64,000 nt of DNA from an uncultured delta proteobacterium (lineage in GTDB: Bacteria > Myxococcota_A > Polyangia > Polyangiales > Polyangiaceae). Under the pieces are notes generated by a model. It was not told the DNA's origin. It made no database searches and saw only the letters and a program-made list of their open reading frames with translations. Position numbers and translations under genes: made by a program. The stretch is taken from the NCBI GenBank assembly GCA_963782055.1, contig CAWAIF010000003.1, forward strand, positions 4,672,001 to 4,736,000, in the 5' to 3' direction. Position 1 is the stretch's first letter; each line of letters begins with the position of its first letter. This document shows, piece after piece, positions 28,887 through 38,724 of the stretch.

Positions 28887-31175
28887 ATGACCCGATCGCT
28901 TCTCCGACTCCTGGTGATCTCTCTCCTCCTCGTGGCGGCGGTGGTCGCGGCCGGCTGCGGCAGCGACGACACCGGTCCGGCGACGTTCCCCAACAGCCCG
29001 GACTCCGGAGGCCTGCCGGGTGACGGCCTGGACGCCAGCTTCAACGGCAAGGACGGCGGCCCGCTCCAGTCGATCCAGATCCAGCCGCAGGACCCCGTGG
29101 TGGACGTCACCATCGCCGACGGCGTGGTCACCACCACGCCGCTCACCTTCACCGCGACGGGCAACAACGGCGCGTCGATCGCCGCCAGCTTCGGCCTGGA
29201 CCGCGGCGAGCTGGGCGATCTGATCGCCTCCACCGGCGTCTTCACCGCCAGCGGCAACCTGGGCGGCACCGGCACCGTCACCGCCACCTACCAGGGCCTC
29301 GAGGCGCAGACCTCGCTCACCGTCCACATCGTCATGACGCAGAACGGTCCGCCGGACGGCGGCGTGGTGGACGGCGGCGCGGGCGGCTACGGCGGCGTCG
29401 GCGGCAGCGGGCCGGGCAACGCGGTGGACTCGCAGACCAAGCAGCGGCTGATGGGTCCCTCGCAGAAGCCGCAGAGCGCGCAGGAGCTGGGCTTCCTCTA
29501 CCCGTACGACAAGACGGTGTGGCCGCGCGGCGTGCTCGCCCCGCTGCTGCAGTGGCAGACGACGCACACGATCGCGTACGTGCGCATCCACCTGGAGCAG
29601 AAGAACTTCAGCTTCGACGGCTTCTACGGCGGCAGCGCGCTGGTCAACCAGCCCATCGACCCCAACGCCTGGAAGAAGGCGCTCTACGGCAACGGCGGGG
29701 ACGCGCTCCACGCCGACCTGTACGTCGCCGACCAGAACACGGTGTGGGGCCCCATCTCGGAGGACTGGCCCGTCGCCGCGGGCACCCTCAAGGGCACCGT
29801 CTACTACAACTCGTACAACTCCGGCCTCAACGCCAACGGGGCGACCACCGGCGCGGTGCTGGCGATCAAGCCGGGCGCGACGGCGCCGACGCTCGCGATC
29901 CCCTCGCTCAAGGGCAAGTGCCACGTCTGCCACGAGGTGGCGAGCGACGGCTCCTCGCTCTACACGCAGATCTCCTCGTCGCTCGTCGACAACAGCCAGT
30001 ACTACGCGCCCAACGCCTCCTTCGACATGACGAACAACGCGCAGCAGATCGCGTCGTACACGGGCAACGCGCCGGACGGGACGAACAACGACCGCAAGTT
30101 CCTCTGGTCGGCGGTGTATCCCGACGGCACCTTCGCCCTGTCCAACTCGCGCCACGCCCGCGAGCACAACACGCTGGACTCCGACCTGTTCGCGCGCGCG
30201 GACGGCACGCGCATCGACTCCACGGGCCTCAACGGCGTCGTCTCCAGCGCGGTGACGCCCGCCTTCTCGCCCGACGGCAAGCGGGTGGCGTTCAACTTCT
30301 GGGAGGGCGCGGGCGGAGGCGGCGTCACCGCGGGCGCGGGCCACTCCCTGGCGGTCATGGACTTCGACTGCGGCCAGGGCAACGGCGTGACGTGCAGCGG
30401 GGCGCCCCCCTACGCCTTCGGCAACCTGAAGGAGCTGTACCGCGACAACACCCGCTGGCCGGCGTGGCCCAGCTTCACCCCCGACGGCGCGGCGCTCCTC
30501 TTCCACAACACCGTCACCAAGGGCACGTGCGGCGACTGCGAGATCGCCACCTGGTACGGCGCGCAGGCGGAGCTCTGGTACACCGACGTCCCCAAGAACG
30601 GCTCGCCGATGCCGGTGCGCATGAACGCGCTGGACGGCCTGGACGCCAGCAACCAGCGCTACCTCCCCCAGAACGGCGACCACCCGGACGACACCGTGCT
30701 CAACTACGAGCCGACGGTGAACCCCATCGCGTCCGGCGGGTACTACTGGGTCGTGTTCACTTCACGCCGGATGTACGGCAACGTCGCGGCAGGCAAGCCC
30801 TACGACAACGGGGACGGCACCTACCCCATCGCCAAGAAGCTCTGGGTGGCCGCGGTGGACATGAACCCCAAGCCCGGCGACGACCCCTCCCACCCGGCGT
30901 TCTACCTGCCCGGGCAGGAGCTGGACGCGGGCAACATGCGCGGCTTCTGGGTCGTCGACCCGTGCCAGCCCAACGGCACCGACTGCGAGACTGGCGACGA
31001 GTGCTGCAACGGCTTCTGCCGCAAGGCGGAGGACGGCGGCGGGCTGGTGTGCACCGACAAGCCGCCGGGGTGCGCGCAGGAGTTCGAGAAGTGCACGACC
31101 GACGCCGACTGCTGCGGGGCGAACTCGGGGATCGCGTGCATCGGCGGGCGGTGCTCGAAGAAGTCTCCGAATTGA
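28887..31175 (+). CDS. Large lipoprotein, tandem paralog 2 of 26438-28723
   Basis: Lipobox AAGC; long identical blocks (YPYDKTVWPRGVLAPLLQWQTTHTI, NYEPTVNPIASGGY); CHVCH. Confidence 0.8.
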   Translation: MTRSLLRLLVISLLLVAAVVAAGCGSDDTGPATFPNSPDSGGLPGDGLDASFNGKDGGPLQSIQIQPQDPVVDVTIADGVVTTTPLTFTATGNNGASIAASFGLDRGELGDLIASTGVFTASGNLGGTGTVTATYQGLEAQTSLTVHIVMTQNGPPDGGVVDGGAGGYGGVGGSGPGNAVDSQTKQRLMGPSQKPQSAQELGFLYPYDKTVWPRGVLAPLLQWQTTHTIAYVRIHLEQKNFSFDGFYGGSALVNQPIDPNAWKKALYGNGGDALHADLYVADQNTVWGPISEDWPVAAGTLKGTVYYNSYNSGLNANGATTGAVLAIKPGATAPTLAIPSLKGKCHVCHEVASDGSSLYTQISSSLVDNSQYYAPNASFDMTNNAQQIASYTGNAPDGTNNDRKFLWSAVYPDGTFALSNSRHAREHNTLDSDLFARADGTRIDSTGLNGVVSSAVTPAFSPDGKRVAFNFWEGAGGGGVTAGAGHSLAVMDFDCGQGNGVTCSGAPPYAFGNLKELYRDNTRWPAWPSFTPDGAALLFHNTVTKGTCGDCEIATWYGAQAELWYTDVPKNGSPMPVRMNALDGLDASNQRYLPQNGDHPDDTVLNYEPTVNPIASGGYYWVVFTSRRMYGNVAAGKPYDNGDGTYPIAKKLWVAAVDMNPKPGDDPSHPAFYLPGQELDAGNMRGFWVVDPCQPNGTDCETGDECCNGFCRKAEDGGGLVCTDKPPGCAQEFEKCTTDADCCGANSGIACIGGRCSKKSPN

Positions 31176-31191
31176 GAGGATGTGAGCTCCG

Positions 31192-32847
31192 CTACGCGTC
31201 GGGGGGCTGCGAGGGCTTGGCGGGGACGGCGTCGCCTGCCAGAAAGGCATCCACCGCCACCTCCTCGCCGACCAGCAACAGGGTGTCGCCGCGCGTGAGG
31301 ACCTCGGTGGGCTTCAGCGACTCCAGCCGGCGGTGCTTGCCGTGCGCGCCTCCGCGCCACACCCCGATGACGGTGATGCCGTAACTCCGCCGCAGGTCCG
31401 CCTCCGCCAGCGTCTTGCCCGCGAGCTCGCCATGCACGTCCCACGGCTCCACCCGGTAGCCGTGAGCGAAGCGGAGCAGGTCCACCACCACCGGCGCCTC
31501 CCGTGGCCCCTCGCCCTTGCTCACCTGCTTGCCCACCGCGCGCAGCAAGACGACCCCGACCACCGAGCACACCAGGGAGGCGCCGAGCACGCCGGTCTTG
31601 GCGGCGTCGTTGAGGGTGTCGCCGGTGAAGGCGAGGCTGCCGATGAAGATGGACATGGTGAACCCGACGCCCGCCATCACCGAGGCACCGAGGACCTGCG
31701 GCCAGGACGCGTGCGAGGGCCGCGGGGCGAGACCGAAGCGCACCGCGAGGTAGGTCGCGCCGAAGACGCCCACCGTCTTGCCCACGACGAGGCCGGTGAG
31801 CGCGCCCACGGCGACCCGCGCCTCCCCGTGGCCGAAGGTGAGGCCGCCCAGGCTCACCCCGGCGTTGGCCAGCGCGAAGAGCGGCACGATGCCGAAGGCG
31901 ACGAGGTGGTGCAGCGAATGCGTCAGGCGGTCGAGCGGCGACTGCACCGACTCGATGTGCTCCTCCAGCGAGGAGAGCGCGCCCGCGTCCACGTCCGCGC
32001 CGTCCTTCCGGCTCATCTGCCGCAGCACGTCCAGCGCGGCGCTCAGGTCCTCGATGGCATCGCCCGGCGTCTTGCGCCCGGCGACGGGGAGCGCCACGCC
32101 GAGCAGCACCCCTGCGAGGGTGGGGTGCACGCCGGCGCGCAGCAGCGCCACCCAGAGGGCCACGCCGAGCGTCACGTACGGCCAGCGGCGCTGCACGTTC
32201 GCCCTGGCGAGCCCGAAGAGCGCGACGACCAGCACCGCCGCGACCGACAGCGCCCCCCAGGAGACCGCGCCGCCGTAGAAGAAGGCGATGACGAGGATGG
32301 CCCCGAGGTCGTCGAAGATGGCCAGCGCCGTGAGGAAGACGAAGAGGGAGTGCGGCACGCGGTGGCGCACCAGCGACATGCACCCGAGGGCGAAGGCGAT
32401 GTCGGTCGCCATGGGGATGCCCCACCCGGAGCGCCCCGGGGCGTGGTGGTTGAAGAAGAGGTAGATGCCGGCCGGCACCACCATGCCGCCCGCCGCGGCG
32501 ACCAGCGGCAGCGCCGCCCTGCGGAGGGTGTTCAGCTCCCCGGCGACCACCTCCCGCTTGATCTCCATCCCCGCCAGGAGAAAAAAGACGCTCATCAGCG
32601 CCTCGTTCACCCAGGAATGAACCGGCCAGCTCAGGGCGCGGCTGCCCGCGCGCAGCTCGACCGTGAGGTGCAGGACGTCGTGGTAGCTCTCCCGCCAGGG
32701 GGAGTTGGCCCACCCCAGGGCGACGACCGCCGCGACGACCAGGATGATGCCGCTGGCGGCCTGGGTCTGGAAGAAGCGCTGGAGCGGGGCGACGACCGCG
32801 AAGAGGACGCGCGCCGCGGTCGCTCGGGGCTTGGTCGCCTCGGCCAT
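31192..32847 (-). CDS. nhaA: NhaA-type Na+/H+ antiporter with C-terminal TrkA_C (RCK_C) domain
   Basis: GWGIPMATDIAFA, LAIFDDLGAI, PLFALANAG, GVGFTMSIF; tail ELAGKTLAEADLRRSYGITVIGV...GDTLLLVG. Confidence 0.88.
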   Translation of the reverse strand: MAEATKPRATAARVLFAVVAPLQRFFQTQAASGIILVVAAVVALGWANSPWRESYHDVLHLTVELRAGSRALSWPVHSWVNEALMSVFFLLAGMEIKREVVAGELNTLRRAALPLVAAAGGMVVPAGIYLFFNHHAPGRSGWGIPMATDIAFALGCMSLVRHRVPHSLFVFLTALAIFDDLGAILVIAFFYGGAVSWGALSVAAVLVVALFGLARANVQRRWPYVTLGVALWVALLRAGVHPTLAGVLLGVALPVAGRKTPGDAIEDLSAALDVLRQMSRKDGADVDAGALSSLEEHIESVQSPLDRLTHSLHHLVAFGIVPLFALANAGVSLGGLTFGHGEARVAVGALTGLVVGKTVGVFGATYLAVRFGLAPRPSHASWPQVLGASVMAGVGFTMSIFIGSLAFTGDTLNDAAKTGVLGASLVCSVVGVVLLRAVGKQVSKGEGPREAPVVVDLLRFAHGYRVEPWDVHGELAGKTLAEADLRRSYGITVIGVWRGGAHGKHRRLESLKPTEVLTRGDTLLLVGEEVAVDAFLAGDAVPAKPSQPPDA

Positions 32848-32899
32848 CACCAAGCCATTGGGGCCGGAGGCGTCGCATGTCAAACTCTTCGTCTCCGCG

Positions 32900-33748
32900 A
32901 TGCCCACCCTCGTCGAAGCGCTCGCCGCCCAGCGCTCGTGCCCCTGCGACTGCCACCGCTCCCTGAGCCCGGAGGAGCGCACCCGCGGGGTGGAGGCCCT
33001 CTACGCGTGCGACGACGCCCTGCGCGGGTGGGGCTACGTCCCCCTCTACGACCTGCACGGCGACGCCCTCTTCCGCGAGGCGCAGAAGAAGGGCGATCCG
33101 GAGTATCGCGGGGTGGCGGTGCGCTTCGGCGAGTGCATGTACAAGCGCCTGCTGGGCAGCATGCTGCACGAGATCCTGCACGCGAGCTTCGGCGAGGCGG
33201 GGCGCGCCAACCACGGCATCCCCTTCGGCATGCCCTACGGCGTGCCCAGGGACGTGCCGCCGCGTGAGGAGGAGGCGCTGCTCGGCAAGCACAACTTCGA
33301 CGAGGCGCGGGCGTTCGTCGGGGTGTGGATCCTGGGCAGGGAGCGCTTCGGGATCGACTGGAACCTGCGCACCGCGCGCGACGTGGGCACCTACGGCTTC
33401 GTCGGGGGCAACGCGCTCGTCGCCGTCCCCGCCGGCTACCGGCCGGTGGCTCACCTGGACCGCCGCCACCACGAGGCGCGCTACTACGCCCGCGCGCGCA
33501 AGCTGGAGGAGGAGGCGCGCGCCTGGTTCTCCGCCGAGAACCTGGGCGGCGTGGTGGCCGGGATGCAGGCCGCGGCCGAGGCCGGGCGCGCCGCGAGGCC
33601 GCGCAAGTACCCGCCGGCGGCCGACTTCGGCAGGATGGCCCCGCGCCGCATCAAGTCGGGCGATCCGTGCACCTGCGGCAGCCAGAAGAGCTACGGCACG
33701 TGCTGCGCGGTGGGGGTGACGGCGGTGATCCCCGCCCTGTCCCGCTAG
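32900..33748 (+). CDS. Hypothetical protein with HExxH motif and C-terminal SEC-C-like metal-binding motif
   Basis: MLHEILH; DPCTCGSQKSYGTCC; N-terminal CPCDCH. Confidence 0.72.
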   Translation: MPTLVEALAAQRSCPCDCHRSLSPEERTRGVEALYACDDALRGWGYVPLYDLHGDALFREAQKKGDPEYRGVAVRFGECMYKRLLGSMLHEILHASFGEAGRANHGIPFGMPYGVPRDVPPREEEALLGKHNFDEARAFVGVWILGRERFGIDWNLRTARDVGTYGFVGGNALVAVPAGYRPVAHLDRRHHEARYYARARKLEEEARAWFSAENLGGVVAGMQAAAEAGRAARPRKYPPAADFGRMAPRRIKSGDPCTCGSQKSYGTCCAVGVTAVIPALSR

Positions 33749-33817
33749 CCCTCACCCCAGCCCCCCTCTCCACGGCCTCACCCCCCGGCCCCCTCTCCAC
33801 TTCGTGGAGCGGGGGAG
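33749..33817 (+). repeat. REP-like element, partially duplicated
   Basis: CCCTCACCCCAGCCCCCCTCTCCAC repeated twice, then the ctccac-ttc-gtggag hairpin; similar to 554-597. Confidence 0.6.
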
Positions 33818-33863
33818 CAAGGACGGGCTTTTCGTCGGTCGCGGGGTCGGGTCTAATCGGAGC

Positions 33864-34217
33864 GTGGAAGGGCTCTTCGACCACCCCGAGAAGTACTACC
33901 CCATCATCTTCTTCCTGGTGGTGCTGCTCCTCATCCTCTACGCGCGCAAGGCGATGCAGCCCAAGATGGACACCGGCAAGTCCTACCTGGGCACCGCGGC
34001 GCACCAGTCGACGATGAGCGACATCATCGAGGCCACCGCGCGGCGGCTGATCGATCAGTTCCCCACCGTCGACGACGCGGCGCTCGTCCAGATGGTGCGC
34101 GACGACCTGCGCATCCGGAAGATCGCGCAGGTGGACCTGTACGAGTCGACCATCCAGGCCACGGTCACGCGCCTGCGGGGCGGCGGCGGCGACCCGATCC
34201 AGCGCTGGACCGACTGA
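33864..34217 (+). CDS. Small hypothetical membrane protein
   Basis: One hydrophobic helix (YYPIIFFLVVLLLILY); strong GC3 codon bias. Confidence 0.65.
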   Translation: MEGLFDHPEKYYPIIFFLVVLLLILYARKAMQPKMDTGKSYLGTAAHQSTMSDIIEATARRLIDQFPTVDDAALVQMVRDDLRIRKIAQVDLYESTIQATVTRLRGGGGDPIQRWTD

Positions 34218-34229
34218 GAGCTCCCGGCG

Positions 34230-35054
34230 TCAGGGGCGCGCGTCGGCGCAGCAGCGGAAGCCGGTGGAGTAGTCGTGGTAGGCGATCTCGTGCGCGCTGG
34301 TGACGTACAGGCAGCCGTGGCCGTTGACCTCGGCGTCGCCGTAGAAGCCGCCGCGGAAGCGGCCGTGGCCCTTGGGGTCGGGCGGGTCGGCGCCCCACTC
34401 GTGCAGGTTGCCCACGCAGTCGTAGACGCCGTAGGGGGAGACGCACTTGGGGTAGCTGCCGCTCGGGGCGAGGCCGCCGTCCCACTCGTTCAGGATGGGA
34501 TCGTTGAAGTCGGCGAAGGTCCACTTGTACGGGTCGCTGCCGAAGAAGAGGGGCATCGCGCTGCCCTTGCCCTCGTTGCAGTCTCCCGGCACGCGCGTGG
34601 TGCCCCCGTAGGGGTAGTCGGCGCCGGCGTCGTCGCCGCGGCACGCCCGCACGAACTCTGCGCCGGTGCAGAGGCGCTTGCCCGCGGCGGCGCACGCCGC
34701 GCTCGCCTGCACCTGCGAGATGTAGCCCTGCGGCACCGCGCCGGCGCCGTTCTTCGCGCGCACCGTCACGCCGGCAGGGATCACCTCGTAGGGCGAGTGC
34801 GGGTGCTCCACGCCGCCGTCGTCCACCTCCACCACGTACGCCTCGTAGCGGTCGACGCAGTAGTCGCCCACGTGCACCATGTCCGCGGGGCAGGGCTGGT
34901 CGAGCGTCGAAGGGTCCGCGCGGTCGCCGCCGGCGTCGGCGTCGGCCGTGACGCCCGCGTCGGCACCCGCCCCCGCCTCCGCCGGCGTGGCGGCGTCGTC
35001 GGCGGCGCTGCACCCGACGAGGAGCAGCGCGGAGAACAGCAGGACGCCACGCAT
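34230..35054 (-). CDS. FGE-sulfatase domain lipoprotein
   Basis: Lipobox LVGC; CPADMV, VDRYE, GKRLC, YGVYDCVGNLHEW, TGFRCC. Confidence 0.87.
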   Translation of the reverse strand: MRGVLLFSALLLVGCSAADDAATPAEAGAGADAGVTADADAGGDRADPSTLDQPCPADMVHVGDYCVDRYEAYVVEVDDGGVEHPHSPYEVIPAGVTVRAKNGAGAVPQGYISQVQASAACAAAGKRLCTGAEFVRACRGDDAGADYPYGGTTRVPGDCNEGKGSAMPLFFGSDPYKWTFADFNDPILNEWDGGLAPSGSYPKCVSPYGVYDCVGNLHEWGADPPDPKGHGRFRGGFYGDAEVNGHGCLYVTSAHEIAYHDYSTGFRCCADARP

Positions 35055-35139
35055 GAAGGCGCGGACCCTACCTTCGGCCGCGCCTCACGCCAAGGCGCGC
35101 GTGCCGCTCACGCAGCAGTTTCGCGCCGACTGTGATTTT

Positions 35140-35811
35140 CTAGCCCCGCTCCGCGCCGGCTTCCGCCTCGAAGTCGCCCTGCGGCGCGGCCGACTCGCCG
35201 CCGAAGAAGTGCGGGTAGACCTCACGCCACGCCTGCAGCATCGCCTCGTGGGGGAAGTCGTCGTAGGTGCCGCGGTCGCGCAGGTACTCCATGAAGGCGC
35301 GCCCCTGATCGTCGAAGGCCTGAAGCATCGCGTCGTGCTCGCCGTCGAGCTCGAGCGGCGCCACGCCGAAGCGCGCGCAGAGCGAGGCGTTGAAGGCGGG
35401 GGTGGCCTTGAGCACGCGATCGCCCAGGTGCACCTCCACGTAGCCGTGGAAGGCGAAGACACGCGAGCGCAGCACCTCGATGAGGCGCGGGGTGGAGAGG
35501 TGGTTGGTCACGTCGGCGAAGCCCAGGCGCGCCGGGATGCCCGCGCCGCGCAGGCAGGCGGCGAGGAGGATCGCCTTCGGCACGCAGAAGGCGCGGCCGC
35601 GCGCCAGCGTGGCGCTCGCCGTCAGCGCCTCGCGGGAGAGGTCGACCTGGTACGGGTCGTAGCGCACGCCGTCGCGCACCGCGCGAAAGAGGCGGGACGC
35701 GCGCTCCAGGTCGGTGCTGGCGCCCGCGACCGCCTCGTCGACGAAGGCGCGGACGCGCGGGTGCTCGAAGTCCAGGAAGAAGCTCGGCGCCAGGGCCGCG
35801 GGAGAGGCCAT
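35140..35811 (-). CDS. Transglutaminase-like superfamily protein
   Basis: VRDGVRYDPY, FCVPKAILLAA..R..GIPARLG, FHGY. Confidence 0.87.
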   Translation of the reverse strand: MASPAALAPSFFLDFEHPRVRAFVDEAVAGASTDLERASRLFRAVRDGVRYDPYQVDLSREALTASATLARGRAFCVPKAILLAACLRGAGIPARLGFADVTNHLSTPRLIEVLRSRVFAFHGYVEVHLGDRVLKATPAFNASLCARFGVAPLELDGEHDAMLQAFDDQGRAFMEYLRDRGTYDDFPHEAMLQAWREVYPHFFGGESAAPQGDFEAEAGAERG

Positions 35812-35875
35812 CCAGGTGGGAGCCTACACGCCCCCCGTCCGGTTCGCCCGCCCGGCCCGTCGGTGCGAGGTGCGC

Positions 35876-35903
35876 TTGACTCGCCGCGCGCCTCGCGTAT
35901 GGT
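35876..35903 (+). promoter_or_regulatory. Sigma70-type promoter of the tRNA-Thr gene
   Basis: TTGACT-N16-TATGGT followed by a GC-rich discriminator. Confidence 0.65.
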
Positions 35904-35919
35904 GCGCGCCTGTTTTCCC

Positions 35920-36330
<411 letters not shown>

Positions 36331-36484
36331 GACCCGACGCGCAGGAGCCATGGCACTCCGGCTGCAAAGTACGATGGCGTGGGTCAGGCGACTGGCGATT
36401 GGTGAGCCGACCAAGCTTCTCCGTCGTACTATCCATGGCCCAATGTACTCAGCCCCTCAGACACCCATGCGAATACTGTCTCGG

Positions 36485-37135
36485 ATGTTCCGGTGGCCAC
36501 TTCGGGTCGTCTTCGCCGGAGCCATGTTGATTGGCTCGTTTGGCGCGTGCCGCATCCGCTCGAGCCGAGCCACCACGCAGCCATCCGCCACGGCTCCAGT
36601 GGCGACGCCACCACCGCCGCCGCCGCCTCGCGTCACCATCAAGTTTTTCGGAGTCATGATCAGCCCCACGAAGTCGAACAGACAGCCTTGGGATGGCGTC
36701 GGCGTTGTTCCTGCCAGCACCGTGTCCGGCATCACGGAGGCGTTGCAGCTGCCAAACGCCTACGCTGCGGCCGGGGAGATTCTCGCGCAGCTCGCTAGTC
36801 GTGGCACCCAGCCTCCCGATCCGGCCGGTCGCGTGAGTCTACTTGCCTCGGGCAGGCCGGTGGTGACCAGATTGCTTCCGAAGATTCAGGACAACTACCA
36901 GCCCACGTGGGATCCTCCGGCAGCGTTCTCGGACGTGACGCTCACCCAGCGGACGAGCCTTGAGATCTACGTCGTCGACAAGGATCTCCAGAACGACGAC
37001 AGCGTGGGGGCGGTGGTGCTCACGGCCGACGAGCTCAGGCGTGCCCTCTCCAAGGAGGGAAAGGTTCAGCACGTAGCCGTCCACGACCAGAATCCGCAGC
37101 TGCTCTTCGTCGACATCGCCGTCTTCCCAATGTGA
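36485..37135 (+). CDS. Putative lipoprotein with C2-like domain
   Basis: Lipobox FGAC, Pro linker; PDP..., DNYQPTW, LEIYVVDKDLQNDDSVG resemble C2 Ca2+-binding loops. Confidence 0.6.
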   Translation: MFRWPLRVVFAGAMLIGSFGACRIRSSRATTQPSATAPVATPPPPPPPRVTIKFFGVMISPTKSNRQPWDGVGVVPASTVSGITEALQLPNAYAAAGEILAQLASRGTQPPDPAGRVSLLASGRPVVTRLLPKIQDNYQPTWDPPAAFSDVTLTQRTSLEIYVVDKDLQNDDSVGAVVLTADELRRALSKEGKVQHVAVHDQNPQLLFVDIAVFPM

Positions 37136-37332
37136 CGGGCGCCAGCGTGGTTCACGCCAGGGGCGCCGTTCGTGCCGTTCATTGATCGCGATCCGGCGCC
37201 ATCCAGGCCGCCCTGATCGCGATCCGCCGACTCGCCGCGCAACCAGCGGAAAATGCCGGCGATCAGCCCCGATCAGCCCTGGCCCCGCGCTTGCTCTACC
37301 CCCTCCCGCGCCGCCTGGCGCAAGGAGGAAAC

Positions 37333-37908
37333 ATGGTCCGCTGGTCGCGTTGCTTGGTCGCTCTTCTCCCTCTCACCCTTGCCTGCGGTGGCGCCGCGCT
37401 CCCGAAGGGCGAGTACCTGCCAGGCGCGCCCGTCGCGCTGTTCGACGGTCCCGTTCATCTGGGCAACGACGTCGCCGGCGGGCAGGCCTTCGCGTCGGGC
37501 CCGGCGATCGCGGCCAGGGCGTGCACCCTGGTCGACGTGCCGGAGCCGACGGATGCCCTCATCCAGGTGCAGGACATCCGCTCCACCGAGACCGTCTCCG
37601 ACCAGCTCGTCGTCAACGGGAAGGCGTTCGCCCTTCCCATGACGCTGGAGCGGGATCCGAGGGGCGTCACGTCCAACGCGATGACCGTGTCCCCGGTGGA
37701 GCAGCTCCGGCTGGACGCGGGGCCGTCGGAGGTGTGCCTCGTTGCCGGCAAGAAGTCCGACGGGGACATCGACGACTTCGAGGTGGCGCAGGTGGTGCTC
37801 TACGTACGTGACATCGACGCGAGCGACGTCTCCGTCCGCCGCGGTCTGCTGCTGGGCGAGCCGCCCCCGGTGAGCCGGCCGAGCGTCCCCTGGGGGAGGC
37901 AGCAGTGA
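37333..37908 (+). CDS. Hypothetical lipoprotein
   Basis: AGGAGG RBS, lipobox TLAC; GDIDDFEV motif. Confidence 0.72.
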   Translation: MVRWSRCLVALLPLTLACGGAALPKGEYLPGAPVALFDGPVHLGNDVAGGQAFASGPAIAARACTLVDVPEPTDALIQVQDIRSTETVSDQLVVNGKAFALPMTLERDPRGVTSNAMTVSPVEQLRLDAGPSEVCLVAGKKSDGDIDDFEVAQVVLYVRDIDASDVSVRRGLLLGEPPPVSRPSVPWGRQQ

Positions 37909-38684
37909 TGCTCCGCGCTCTTCCCCTCGCCTTCTCGCTCGGTCTCGCGGCCTGCGCCCCCGCCGGTCCGCAGGTCGCCGCCCCGGCGGCCAGTCCCTTC
38001 GTCGGCAGCCTGGCGGCAGCGCCATCGCCGCAGGCCGCGCCGTCGCCGACGGCTTCAACCACGTGCGGCCGGCTGCACGGCGGTCCCCCCACCCAGACCG
38101 ACGGCGTCCTGACTGCTGGCCAGAGCTCCGGTCGCTTCCCGGTGATCACCTTCGACTGCACGGACGCGTCGCGCGTGGTCAACGCAACCATCGAGACCTA
38201 CGTCCGGGCGCGCTTGCCTCGCAGTGCGTCGGACCGGGTGACCGTGTCGTGCGCCACGACGCTCCTCACGTCGGGGCTGGCGAGCCTCATCTGCATCGAG
38301 ACCGCGGAGTACCGCGGCGCCGCGCACCCCTTCCACGCCTCGAAGTCCTTCAACTTCGGCGTGTCGGGAGACAGCGCCAGGCTGCTTTCGGTCGACGACC
38401 TGTTCCTGCCGGGAGTGGATGCCGCCACGCTGCTCGGCGCCTTCGCCGAGCCCATGCTCCGGGCACGCGGCGTGGAGCCGCTGGCGCCCGAGCCGGTGCG
38501 CGTCCACGACTTCCTGCTCGCGCGAGACGGTTTGATCGCCCACTTCCCGGAGTACGCGGTCGGCGCGTACATCGACGGCACCCAGGACGTGCTCATCCCC
38601 TACGCGAGCCTGCGACGCTTCATGGTGCCCAGCTTGTGGGCTCAGCCGGCGGAGGTCGACCATGCTCGCCACGACGCGCTGTGA
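37905..38684 (+). CDS. DUF3298/RsiV-like lipoprotein
   Basis: Lipobox LAAC; YRGAAHP, L.VDDLF, F..YAVGAY.DG. Confidence 0.72.
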   Translation: MMLRALPLAFSLGLAACAPAGPQVAAPAASPFVGSLAAAPSPQAAPSPTASTTCGRLHGGPPTQTDGVLTAGQSSGRFPVITFDCTDASRVVNATIETYVRARLPRSASDRVTVSCATTLLTSGLASLICIETAEYRGAAHPFHASKSFNFGVSGDSARLLSVDDLFLPGVDAATLLGAFAEPMLRARGVEPLAPEPVRVHDFLLARDGLIAHFPEYAVGAYIDGTQDVLIPYASLRRFMVPSLWAQPAEVDHARHDAL

Positions 38685-38724
38685 GGTGGCACGTGCGCGC
38701 TTCCCAAGGAGCTATGCTCAGCCC

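Noticed and set aside
9800..35054. Three FGE-sulfatase (C-type lectin fold) genes as possible diversity-generating retroelement targets
   Set aside because: No reverse transcriptase and no template/variable repeat pair seen; such genes are common in myxobacteria.
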